A DNA stretch of 64,000 bases from Ramazzottius varieornatus (Eukaryota; Animalia; Tardigrada), in the NCBI GenBank assembly GCA_001949185.1, contig BDGG01000007.1:1756730-1820729 (forward strand), in the 5' to 3' direction. Below the pieces are notes generated by a model. That model had not been told where the DNA came from. It saw only the letters and a list, made by a program, of their open reading frames with translations, and did no database searches. The translations under genes were made by a program, and so were the position numbers. Below are positions 53,251 through 64,000 of the stretch, in pieces (positions within the stretch are counted from its first letter, which is position 1; the number at the start of each line of letters is the position of its first letter).

Positions 53251-54250
53251 TCAGGGCGGAGGCACCTTGATCCACATTGAAGGCGTCTGCGGCGGAGTCC
53301 AGTCAATGCCTTAGGAAAAAACAATTTGATTTCGCATCGAGTGTCAGTGAGCAACCTCCTCGAACTCAATGTTCGAGCGATAACTAAAGAGACAATGTAC
53401 CTTCTGCCGTATGATGCACAACCGCTCGGTAAACATCACCCTTGAAGTCAACTTCGTCGCCCACCTGATATGTGGCGCCTTTCTGCCACTGACCCAGATG
53501 GACCTTGGCCGTAACGGACTTTGGTGCGCTAGTCAAACCGATCAACCCGGTATGAGTTTGAGCAGTGGTCGTTGTGGCGGATGTTGTGGACGTTGTGTCT
53601 TGCGCACTACTTGGTCCCGGTCCTGGCGAAGCACCTTTTGCCTCTGTGCCGGACGAAGCATCCGTTGGTATTGCAATCACCGTTTTTGCCACCAAGATTT
53701 GGATGGCCTCGGTGGTGGACATAGCATGCGTTGTCGGTTTTGTGGTCGTTGTCGTCGTTGTCTCTGGAGTTGTAGTTGTGGTAGCTTCTGTGGAGGTGGT
53801 GGTCGTCGTCGACGTAGCCCCTGGGAGTCACAGTTAAGCACGTAAACTCCTCGTAGTAAAGAATGAGAAGATCAAGACCGTACTGTATAACATCCGCAGG
53901 CGATTTTCCCGTTCAAACTACTTTATCATTATCTAATATTTGTTCCATGAAATCAGTCGCTTGTTGGAATTGCCTCATTCGATGTACAAACCTTTAACAT
54001 GAGCAACCGTAGCAGTGTGAATAGCTCCACTACCGGTCGCAGCGGTTAAGCCTCCTTGATCAGATGCGACTGCGGTAGCTTCAACGGGAAATGGCACAGC
54101 AACAACCAGGACTCCCGTGGCGTTTCCCACATCAGTTTTGGGTGCCTGGTTAAGGATGCCACCGACATCGCCAGTGCCCCCTGCCGGCGGGCTCCGAGGA
54201 CGAGCTAGGCATGCACTAACACAGTAAACCAACATCCAATAAACTCTCAT
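53251..54250 (-). CDS. Tandem paralog: secreted Thr-rich stalk plus CBM5/12 module, 3 exons
   Basis: Signal MRVYWMLVYCVSACLA, shared TGLIGLTSAP motif, QWQKGATYQVGDEVDFKGDVYRAVVHHTAE|GIDWTPPQTPSMWIKV with an intron (about 53312-53400) inside the module. Confidence 0.88.
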
Positions 54251-54958
54251 TTTGCTCCGAATTCCTTTCGATTCTTGGTATGAGTAAAAAGTTATTTGGG
54301 AACAAAATTCGTCCAGTTCGATGGAATTTCTGACAAGCGGAAAGTGATTGTGACTGATAGACTGCTCAAACTTTGGAGAGATTATCATCTGATAGCGGTT
54401 AAACAAGCACTGATTGATTTTCAAGGCGGCTCGAGCGAAGTTACGTAAAAACACCGCTGCGTTACTTCGGGACAATGTTCAATTAGCCTACCGCATCATG
54501 ATCAGGAATAGTAAGCCGACGCTTTCAAGTAGGCAGATGATTTCTTTTGTGGGCGGTGGTAATGCATTCCTTGAGCGATGATCACTTTAGCGCGAACATT
54601 GTAAGCACGGGTTCCCGCGGGTGGCTCGCATGGGCATCATATTGTTTCCAAAAGCTATGAGCCTCCCCAGGGACTCGATCTCTGCTTCTCGACAAAGACA
54701 GGCTTTATAACATCCCACCGTTGTGCGGGAAGCATTCTTCGTTTTTTCGAGCATAAACGAAGACGTGTACATCTTGGTGTATTGGTGTATTTATTTTGCC
54801 CCTTTGCAAGACGCTGTATTTGAGTTTTCTGGTCTCAAGCTCGTCACATTCTTTTCGACTAGCAGATAGTGAAAACTATTCGAAAATCCGCCTTGCATTT
54901 TAAGACACTCTTCTGGTTTGTTTTTAAAAACAAGAGATAAGTTCACTGCACATGACGG

Positions 54959-57900
54959 TCAGGGTTGACTGGAAGTGTCGTTCGGTCCATTAAACATATC
55001 ATCGGCGGGCAATAAAGTACCGTCTGCTGCGTATGCCGCGTTCTGTTGTTGCATTGTAGTGTTGAGAAAGGCGCGTAGTCCTGCCAGGATATCCGGCGGA
55101 AGAGCAATGTTGGCCAGTCGCGTATCCAACGACGAGTCGTTGCGCATTTGGAAGAGCAATATTTGATATGTGAAATAGAAGCCGGCCAACTGCAATAGAG
55201 AACAAGAGGAAGAATCAAACGAAGAAGATATACTCGAAATAGCCGCCCATGTCAATATTGACACGGCAACCCGTCACTGTCTCTCATCTGTATGCCGTTC
55301 CTATTAAATGCGTATCGAGTTTCCTCTTAGGTTCTTTGGGGTCTCTCTTTCTTATTCGCTCATCCCACTCATTTGCCGCCATCTCTACAACCCATCGCCA
55401 AACAGGGAAAAGCACAACATATGATCGAATATTAATGGTCTTCCACAACGAAAGATGCTGAAGAGAAATGTTTGGAACGCGAATAAGAGCAATGAGGATA
55501 CGTCATTTTGGCCGATTACAGTATTTTTTTCCCGAAACGGTAAAGCATATTATTTTCAGGATACCGCACGTATTCGAAATCCTTCGCTTTATGGTGTAAA
55601 GTCCTTCTTTTTCAATGCCTTGTTTTCGTAAAATGGCAAGTTCCAGGTTCGTCTACAGCTTCGGTGCTAGAGCAATTACAATAGCTTGACGTGGTCGACA
55701 GAAGAAAACCACAATTTCTGAATGCAGTTGGGCGGTGTATCCTCGATATTTGTGCCTTTGTTCGCGGACTTTCGTGGTGAAGTCACCCGCATGCTGTTTC
55801 TTCTATAAGTGACTTTACAGTGGTTGGCGGGCTTAACCTCCGAACAAAGACGCGAGAGGAAACATGAAAAGTCATTCATTACGGGAAAGGTCTGTGATCT
55901 GTTATGAGTGAGATGCGCCTTCTTTAATGCTGACAGCCAATCTTATTTGTGGACCATGTTTGGTGCTGGTGAGGCAATCACCAAAAGGATGAGCGGAAGC
56001 GAAGAGCCAGACACTCAATAGTCTGATCACACTTTGCGCCGACAGCTTTATCCTTTTTGTAGGGCGAACAATAGAAGTTTTATGCACTTACCGATAAAAT
56101 GGTCGTCATGTCGATGGTGAATATGCCCAGCGCGGTGTAGCCCGTCTGGCAGCCGGAAAGCTTTTGTAGGAAGACCGTCAAGTGCTGAATTTCCTGGACG
56201 CTCAAAGAGCGCTGATCGATCTCATACAGCTTGGACAGCGGAAGTAGCGCCTGTAACGATCACAAACAGCCCCCAATCAAATCTTCCAGAAAAAAGTGTT
56301 GCATCATAAACGCACTAGTCGTGCGTGCCATATTTGAAATGACATCTACACAGCCAAATTTGCCTAGGCTGAAAAAACCAGTCGGCAACTGTTTGTAGTT
56401 CTCTCCCCCAAAATTTGCGGCTCGATACCACGCAACATTGTCGCTATCTCATCTCAGATTAAACCGGTCTTCTTGACCTGTCATTTTGTTAGCAAAGGAT
56501 GCCAAAGTATCAAGTAAACGGACTAAATTTGAGGTAGTTCACGAGCGCGGGTTCCCAGCTTTTTGTATGGGGTACGCTTTTGGAGTACGGGAATGACACA
56601 TTTTTACGGTCGATTTGTCGTGCTTGATGGTTGCACTGAGTTGATGGAATGTCGGCGAGATGTTGATGAGGCTAGTCATAGGCCTTGCCAAGCCGCACAA
56701 AGTTTATGAGTTGAGAAGTCGAGAAGCGGAATCTGAAGAGCAATTTTCCGGATAAGTGTCATTTACATTTCTTACTGTGTCGAGCTGTTCGGTTTGCCTC
56801 GTTGAGGACCACAGTATGATAAACGACGAGCAACAATCACTCGTGACAGTTAGAGCTACTGTATGTAGTGGCTCCTTGTCCCAATTGAGCTATACATCCA
56901 CAACACGCTATAGTTTTGCCACCACATTTCCCCCCTCATCAACATCAACAAACACAATCGATATGCCAAATCTAAACTCTACCCATCCATAAAGAAATCC
57001 CCATACCGATATGCAAATCGAAATTATTTTTTGGTAATCAAAGCAAATCAAGCTGGTGATACCGATTACAGAGTATACAGCTAGGGCTACATTTTATCCC
57101 GCTGATCCACGCGGCTTTTTGCTTATACAATTTGGCTAGCTAATCTGTTTTTGACTTTGGATTCAAAAGTCAGTGCAAAATCGAGCTGCAATAAGGTCCT
57201 CGTGAGGTCACGAAGAATGTGGGCACTTACAGCAACGTTGACTTTGGAGCCGCACCAAAGGATAACGAGAACCTGGGCAAGATTGAGGAGGCAGAAATAA
57301 ACATAGCTCAGGACGGTTATGACCCCCATATCGCCTCGTTTCAGAAAGTCATAAATAACATAAACTTGGGCCAGCAAGCCGAACATTCCGGAGGCTAGCC
57401 CGATCAGGACGTAAGGCGAGAATATGGCGTCGACCCGTTCCACCAGTGAGCACAGCTTGGTGTGCTTCAGCCGGTACCACTCTAGCATGCTGGTGTCGGC
57501 CATGACGCCTTCTTTGGAGATCTGCACGGCTAACGAACGATAAAACTGGGTAAACTGCAAAACAATGGCATCGGACAGCAGCAGGAAGAGAGTGGCAGCA
57601 AAGACGTAGTCGAAGGACCGAAAGACGAAGGCCGTCACAATCAACAACTTCACCACGATGTTGTCGACGGAGAACGGAAACATGATGTATTCCTGGAAAT
57701 CCTTGTAGACATCCAGTGGTATCAGTAGTGGTCCGATCAGTGAGTAACAGTTCAAGGTCAAGGCTAAGAAGGCTGGAAAAAAAGAAGGAAGCTTTCAGTG
57801 AGAAGGCGGAATGTGGAATATTGGCAAGGCTTTTAATATAGGTTACCTATTATAATGAGGAGTTTCTGTTTGGATCGGAAGCGCTGATTGAAGTTGAATT

Positions 57901-58805
57901 TGGGCGTGCGAAAGGCATTTGGCGGGTCGGGGTAAATGGTGCGTAAATCTTCCCAGGCATCAAAGAGCTCGGCAAAGCGGCGTTGATAACACATGGACAT
58001 TAAGATGCAATGGACGACCAAGCATTGCATAGCCCAGATAATAGTCACCAAATTATCGACAACAAAGGCCAATGAAGTCAGCTGGCCGGCAGCCCACAAG
58101 GCATAAAAGGCATAAATCAGCCGGGCATCGTCAATGACCGCGATGATCAAGCTGAAGGAACACACGCTGAAACTGAGCGATTCTGACGGCTTGCTTCCTC
58201 GCAGAAACATCCGCGACATAATACTCTTCCGCTTGGGCTTCCCGGCGTGGTAAGGTCCATTACGCACTTCGCGTTGCTAAAACCACACAAAACTCTGCTG
58301 ATCACTGAAGTCAGGAACCGCAACCACAGCCTATTTTTATTTGTCCTCAGCGAAGAAAACACGGTGTCCTTCTCTTACGGGTAGAGAATTTTTTCGGAAA
58401 GAATTTCTAGTGAGATTTTCCTATAACGTCTTTTGACCTTGTGGCATGCGTTCCACGTACCAATAAATGGGATGACATATTCTTTCTTTTCCTGGTTTGT
58501 GGTACTCCATCTTCGAGCTCGAAATATAGTCCTCCAACACGCAGAATTCCCATGAAAGGTGAGGCAAGGTCGTGAATAGGTATCAAGCTACTTTGCGCCG
58601 GTAGGTTTGAAGCCTCTTGGTTACTGCTGGCGAGGGGAAATTCCTTGTGGTTAATCAAGGGGGTGGCGCACACATGATTAGCCGTTAGGGGCTGTGCCGA
58701 GGAGCTTCCGGACAGATCGGAGAATTCGATGGGCGGCTCAATCTCCTGCAAAACCCAGACATCGGCCACAGCGGCATTAGCCGGCTTATGGTGCTCGAGT
58801 TGCAT
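54959..58805 (-). CDS. Gustatory-receptor-like (7tm_7 / GR family) chemoreceptor, about 5 exons
   Basis: Multi-TM exons 57833-58267 and 57231-57773 (YRLKHTKLCSLVERVDAIFSPYVL), exon about 56091-56210 (GYTALGIFTIDMTTILS), last exon LAGFYFTYQILLFQ carrying the TY-x5-Q signature, with the typical phase-0 C-terminal introns. Confidence 0.88.
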
Positions 58806-60315
58806 TGTGGAGCAGGCAATATCTATTTGACGGATTTAGACGGTTAGCTGCTCTTTCTGCTCACACATGAACGGAAGTTATTTCTTTCCGAGCTATCAAC
58901 TGTCTCCTCTCGCGATGGAGATTAACTGGAAAAGGAACAGATGAGATGTGGTGCTCGATAACGGGCAAATCGGAAGTTAAGAACGGGAAGCATAGATCGG
59001 ACAGAGAATGTTTTGTGTGAACAGTATTATGTCAGGGAGAACCCTTCAAGAGAATTTAGCCACGCCCCTTCTCCCTGCTGTCGACCCCAGCGTAGACGAG
59101 AGTACTCCACCACGGCGATTGGTTGATGAAGAGGTCCGTATGGAAGGGCGCGCGTGTTGTGTAGTGTGACACTTAATGGCGTCTTTCCGGTTGTTTGAAC
59201 GAATCCCCCAGAGATGCGACTGTGTAAGAAAAGAAGACGACTTGGTACGGGCCTCGATCTCATCCAAAGCAAGGACGTACTGCTGGGGGCCTGCTTGACG
59301 TATCAACAGACACTTTCTGGTCTTATCCGCACTATATACTTCCGGTACTCTGTCAAAGCTCTGAAGCTGCAAACAGAAATATGCCAGTCTGCAGCTTTCA
59401 TCGGCGTTCGTCACGTTTCTTCAGCGATGAGAGAAATAGGCCAAACAGATTTCTGGGATGGAAGAAAGTCTGATGCATGAGAATAGAGGAAGCAGACTGT
59501 GTTTGATCAAGACAGAACTAACTTTCCATTATAGTTTATTTCTGCAGATAACTATACTCTAAAGAACACAGCATAATACCGCAAAGTGTGGCGAATTTGA
59601 ATAATAAGAAATATGGAATTGGTAGAGTTTGCCTGGTGGCTGTGCGGGGGGTAGACTAGCTGGGGAGTGGAACTGCGAGATGCAGCGGAAGAAATGATCC
59701 GGAAGATGGGCGTCTAATGGGTGCAGATGTGAGTTAACGACAAGTGGGGAGCCAGCAAAGATGTTCAAGTGTCGGCGGTAATGATCAAGAAGAATTAATT
59801 GTCCGGAGATGATGGGCGGTGATGGCCTGAGTAGCGCTGATACTTAATGGACTGCCGCCGTCGGCCAAGAATCTTTCCAAGACTGCGGTGTTGTCACTCA
59901 GGGCCAAGGTTATTGATGACCATGTAACATCGATTATTGCCCATCACCATCATTTATCGATATCTCATCCCGTCTGGCTGTACAAACCTCCTCTCAGCTG
60001 CTTTGGCGGTTATGCCATTGTATACATGCGCAAATTTCAGAGTGTCCAAGTGTAGGACTCGGTCAGTGAGATATAAACTGTCTCATCCGAGTCGCATTGC
60101 GGTTCTAACTGCGCAACGACTTTGTTTCCATTTCAAGGACTACGCACGAAATAAAGTGATGAGCTCCTCGTCTTTGCTCAAGTCAGCAAAACGGTTCATC
60201 CTTTCGACCATCAGCGGCTTTCACAGTCAACATCCACGCAACGTAAAATTTTCAGCAGCCAGGTAAAAGCTCAGGCTCTAAATCAGAACAAGCAAGTGAG
60301 AATAGATCAATAAAA

Positions 60316-60361
60316 CAAATAAACAAATAAACAATAAATAATAAACAAAAAAATAAATAAA
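60316..60361. repeat. A-rich microsatellite (AAAT/AAAC)
   Basis: CAAATAAACAAATAAACAATAAATAATAAACAAAAAAATAAATAAA. Confidence 0.7.
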
Positions 60362-62450
60362 GCGAAAAAGAAGTGAATCAGTAGCAGGCAAATAAAAACA
60401 ACTCACTTTGTACGTATCGCTCGTGCGTACTCGCGATTTGGGCGCCATCTTATCGAGTACTTTGCTTGTTCGAACAGGCTATCGGGCTTTCAGGCAAAGC
60501 GCGGTGTACGCACCTGGATAACGATATGAATAACGTACGTCGGGAAACACTCTCATGTCCTTGCACAATAGTTTATTTGTTCATTACCCCGCCGATCAAA
60601 TATGGAAGTCGTTCGACACGCTCCGAAAGAAAAACTACGACTATAGGCTAATCGACATCATTACGTGAAAACTTTGCATTCGGTATCCTGCGCCGTCCAG
60701 TTTACACATGTGGCAAGCCGCTCTGAAGGAAAGACCTGCCATCTACGCAGTTCGAGTGATTCGTTTTATAAATACCGATGGTGAACTCCGTGTTCTGATC
60801 AGACCGTGGCATTTATCTTACTGTCTGATTCTAAAATAATTTCGCTGGTCTGCAGGGGACTTCCGTCAAAATGATTGAGGCTGATGGTGCTACGTGTACA
60901 GTCTTACTGATTACGGCTATCACTGCAATACCATTCGTGGTTTCTTATCTGTGCTGGTGGCGCCATGCATGTGGGTTGTTTACCGCGGGAAGGGGCCAGC
61001 TTGCCCATCCAAGAACAGAGTATGACTCGGATTATGTCTTGGCACCCTGGTTGCTTGCTGCCCGACACCAAAGTTCCGCAGGCGTCTGCAAGCATGGGCA
61101 TTTCTGCACATCGAGTACCTTTAGCTGACGTGCACTTATCGGTTGTCAGTTCACCAGGAGCTAGAAAAGACGGCTACACATGCCCAAAGTAATTTGAGTT
61201 TGGTTTGATGATGAGCAACGATCAAAATCTGTTTTTCTTCCATCAACTTTATAAATTTTCACGTGGATATCTAATAAGATGTTCGAGCATTAGTTTCATG
61301 TACAGTCGTAATAATCAATGTATGGTTTTGGGACGTTTTTGTCCATTGCCCAACTGGTGTCTGCGTTGAAGACAACCTCCCGTCAGAGTCACGTGGAACC
61401 TGGGGAGGAACTACGTACGCGGAGGATTGCTGCCGCATTAAGTTGCACGCATGTGCATGCCATTGTATTCCGGGATGGATTGTTGGCTGTTCCGTACTCT
61501 TACTGAAACACACCTTCTCGCTTGGCTGAATACGATGGCAGCCCAAGTCTAAATGGCATCCATGCAGCCCTGGTGCCACAGAACCCAGTTCCCTGCATAG
61601 TATGCCGAAACCGCAGTTGATGGTACTTCTCCACCCGCCGTCCAGACTGCCCGTCTGCAGGATAGATCCGTTCAGTACACAACCTTGTGGAGTAATCATC
61701 CCTGAACCATCTACCGTCGCAGCATACCCGCTTTGTCTAATCACATTTCCGGTGTCGATATCCGGCTTCCTGCTAATCATGATGTACGTGCACGATGATG
61801 AACACTTTGCGCACTTGCCAAAGCACCCTTAAGGTAGAGCCATTGTCATGCGGCCTCGTCGTACTAGTGTAGAACTTCGCTACATCGTTTTGTCTGTTTC
61901 ATGCAGTCGTCCGTCACGGTAGGGTTTTCTCCTATCAGCTACCGGTAAGCATCCTTCAACGACTAACCAAGCCGATTTCGCAGTCACAGCTGAGCATCTT
62001 TAGAGTGCATAGACACGTGCTTTGCCTGCATGCTTCGATGGTTGGGCATAACGTGGATCCTTCCGCATTTTGATTAGCTGCCTGTTTGGCCGTCAAGAAA
62101 TTCCAGTCCGACATGAAGATCAGTTTGTATAGGTTTACTCCAATTTGACCGATTTTACGGACGGCATGCTCATCACCCAAAACTCTGAGACTGTGCGAGT
62201 CGCTATCTAGTATACAGTACTTCACCCTCACCATATTCGTCGTTTTGGTCATAAAGCCTCCCTTGCTAGCTTTTGTCTGCGACAGCTATCTCCGAATTCC
62301 CTTCATGCAACTGCATGCTACAGCTGTACATCAATCACCATCCTCGTTGCAGACCTGTTGGCCTGCCTCAACATGGTCATCATAGCCACTAAGGTATTAT
62401 GGGTCGGTCTCCGGCAACAAAAGGTAGCACGTTAAGCATCGCATCCCACC

Positions 62451-62654
62451 TAATAACCAGGCCGAGCGAAGCGATTCCTATATATGTCTGTCCAGATTTC
62501 AATGAACGATAAGATTGTTCGAGCTTTCAGATATTGCAACCTCTGTACTGAAAACAAATGCGCAACTTGAGCCGAGTAACAAAAAATTTTACTCGCCAAC
62601 CTTGTGCTTCTTTGCTTCTACTCGGCCTTCCCAGTGGTCAGAACCACTAGCTAG
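62451..62654 (+). mobile_element. Short Helentron/HINE (DINE-1-like) rolling-circle element
   Basis: Subterminal IR AGGCCGAG..GAAGC / GCTTC..CTCGGCCT, internal GTCTGTCC, 3' hairpin AGTGGT-CAGA-ACCACT followed by CTAG. Confidence 0.5.
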
Positions 62655-63563
62655 TTTGTAGTAATCGGCTATGGTAGGTTTGAACAGGAAGTACAACACG
62701 GGACCCAGATGACGACCGAAGCATCAACGGGGCTCCGGATCAAGAGAGGCTTCGATTTGCGCGAGACGAAAAACCACGTGCACCCAGCAAGCAAAGTGAC
62801 AACGGGTGAACTTCCTAGCTCATTCTGACGTGGCTCCTTCTCTGCATATTAGTCTCTTAGGTTCCGACGTACAGTATGTTTTCCAGCTGATGGACTTGTT
62901 CCTGCGCAAGGTTAGAAAGACACCTAAAACAGCCTGGATCTTCGTTCGGACGATCGCGAGCCATTACGTTGAGCCTTGGCTCCTGTCATGGTCCATCCCA
63001 TATCGCTTTGTACTAATGAGCTGGCTCAGTACAGAGCTCTTTTCCCTGAACAATGAACATCCCCAGCCGGAAGACGTTTGAATTAATTTGACAAGTGTAT
63101 GTTGGCTCTAGCAATTTCCCATGTTGCTGTGACTCGCATCTTCGACTATAACGCAAATGTTGCTTCCCCTGGTTAACTATAAGGTTGTTTTCGGAGAAGG
63201 TGTGCGGACTTGTGCTCCTGGTGGATACGCGATATTGTAAACATTATGAGAAAAGTGAGCATTGGTAAAGTATCGACTTACAAGTGTAGGATGTTTTGGG
63301 CGTGGTCTTCGAAGGATTGTTTGCGGATGCTTAGGTACGAGTACAGTCTTCCCGCTTGGGACCCACTTGAGATCTACCGTAGAGATGATCGCGTAGGGAA
63401 GAGCTGCGGGGTGAAGTGTGTACCCACCGGTCGATATTATCGGTGCATCGACGCAACAAAGCTAATAAAGCACTTCCGCACTACAGCAAAAGTTAATTAT
63501 ACAAACATTAAAGGCTTCATTGTCCGCCCACTCGTATTTTCTACCCCGAGTTCTTGAGCTGAA

Positions 63564-63962
63564 GTGCCACGTGCATTCCCGACATTTTCAGCTAGCATGC
63601 ACACACCAGCTATTGATATCAAGGGAGATTCCGAGATGGTTGATCCCGTCACGGTTGTTATTTTGACGCGGCACCCAGGAGATGTCCATGGGCTAAAGAC
63701 GTTACTGCGGATTGAGGCGTCAGGTGATGTCTCCGGGCTGGAAGCCCTGGCGGAAGGAATAACCAGTCGGTATATCCGCAATATGGGCGACGCGGAAGTG
63801 TTGCGCATCTTGATGACGGCTGGATTCGAAATCGCCGGACAGTGCGTTTCCTACAACAACTACGTCGGACAGATGCTGGTCTACGAGATGGGACAAGTCA
63901 TGACCTGGACTCTCTTTCGCAAAAACTCCAACAATATCCGCAAATCTATTTCGATGGTTTAA
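63564..63962 (+). CDS. Small protein or last exon with a GFRP/KCTD-C-terminal-like pattern
   Basis: EVLRILMTAGFEIAGQCVS...TWTLFRK resembles the VL..L...G(F/Y).(I/V)......WTL.K end of that fold. Start uncertain (perhaps ATG at about 63636). Confidence 0.4.
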   Translation: MPRAFPTFSASMHTPAIDIKGDSEMVDPVTVVILTRHPGDVHGLKTLLRIEASGDVSGLEALAEGITSRYIRNMGDAEVLRILMTAGFEIAGQCVSYNNYVGQMLVYEMGQVMTWTLFRKNSNNIRKSISMV

Positions 63963-64000
63963 GTGCCATCGACGGCGAGCAAAACTTCGATACATTGTAC

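Noticed and set aside
51597-54250. Bacterial contamination as the explanation for the CBM5/12 domains
   Set aside because: Both genes have spliceosomal introns and lie contiguous with clearly animal genes.
60871-62430. Hydrophobic fragments suggesting a decayed GPCR or membrane gene
   Set aside because: Too many stops and frame changes, and no diagnostic motif I can support.

Overview
Eukaryotic (animal, ecdysozoan-type) genomic DNA, gene-dense with mostly short GT-AG introns and two 50-N gaps (30938-30987, 43714-43763). Compactness and gene content suggest a tardigrade-like genome, but that is inference. About 20 spliced or single-exon genes can be reconstructed by hand: a trypsin-like protease, five secreted Gly/Tyr/Phe-rich proteins, two tail-to-tail KChIP/NCS paralogs, a large secreted LysM + Cys-repeat protein, an Mlp60A-like LIM protein, LITAF, a class A GPCR (broken), a pancreatic-type lipase, a TMDD1-like death-fold membrane protein, a CDKL kinase, an atypical serpin, two Cys-rich secreted proteins, two mucin-stalk proteins ending in a bacterial-type CBM5/12 chitin-binding module, and a gustatory-receptor-like gene. 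There are also several pseudogenes and at least six kinds of DNA transposon or MITE (Tc5-like, nested Tc1 MITE, hAT, Helentron-like and others). The most interesting items are the intron-containing CBM5/12 pair (candidate domesticated horizontal transfer), the LysM protein with an unrecognised repeated Cys domain, and the Gly-rich secreted family with amidation-like C-termini. Exon boundaries were read by eye, and no database search was run.
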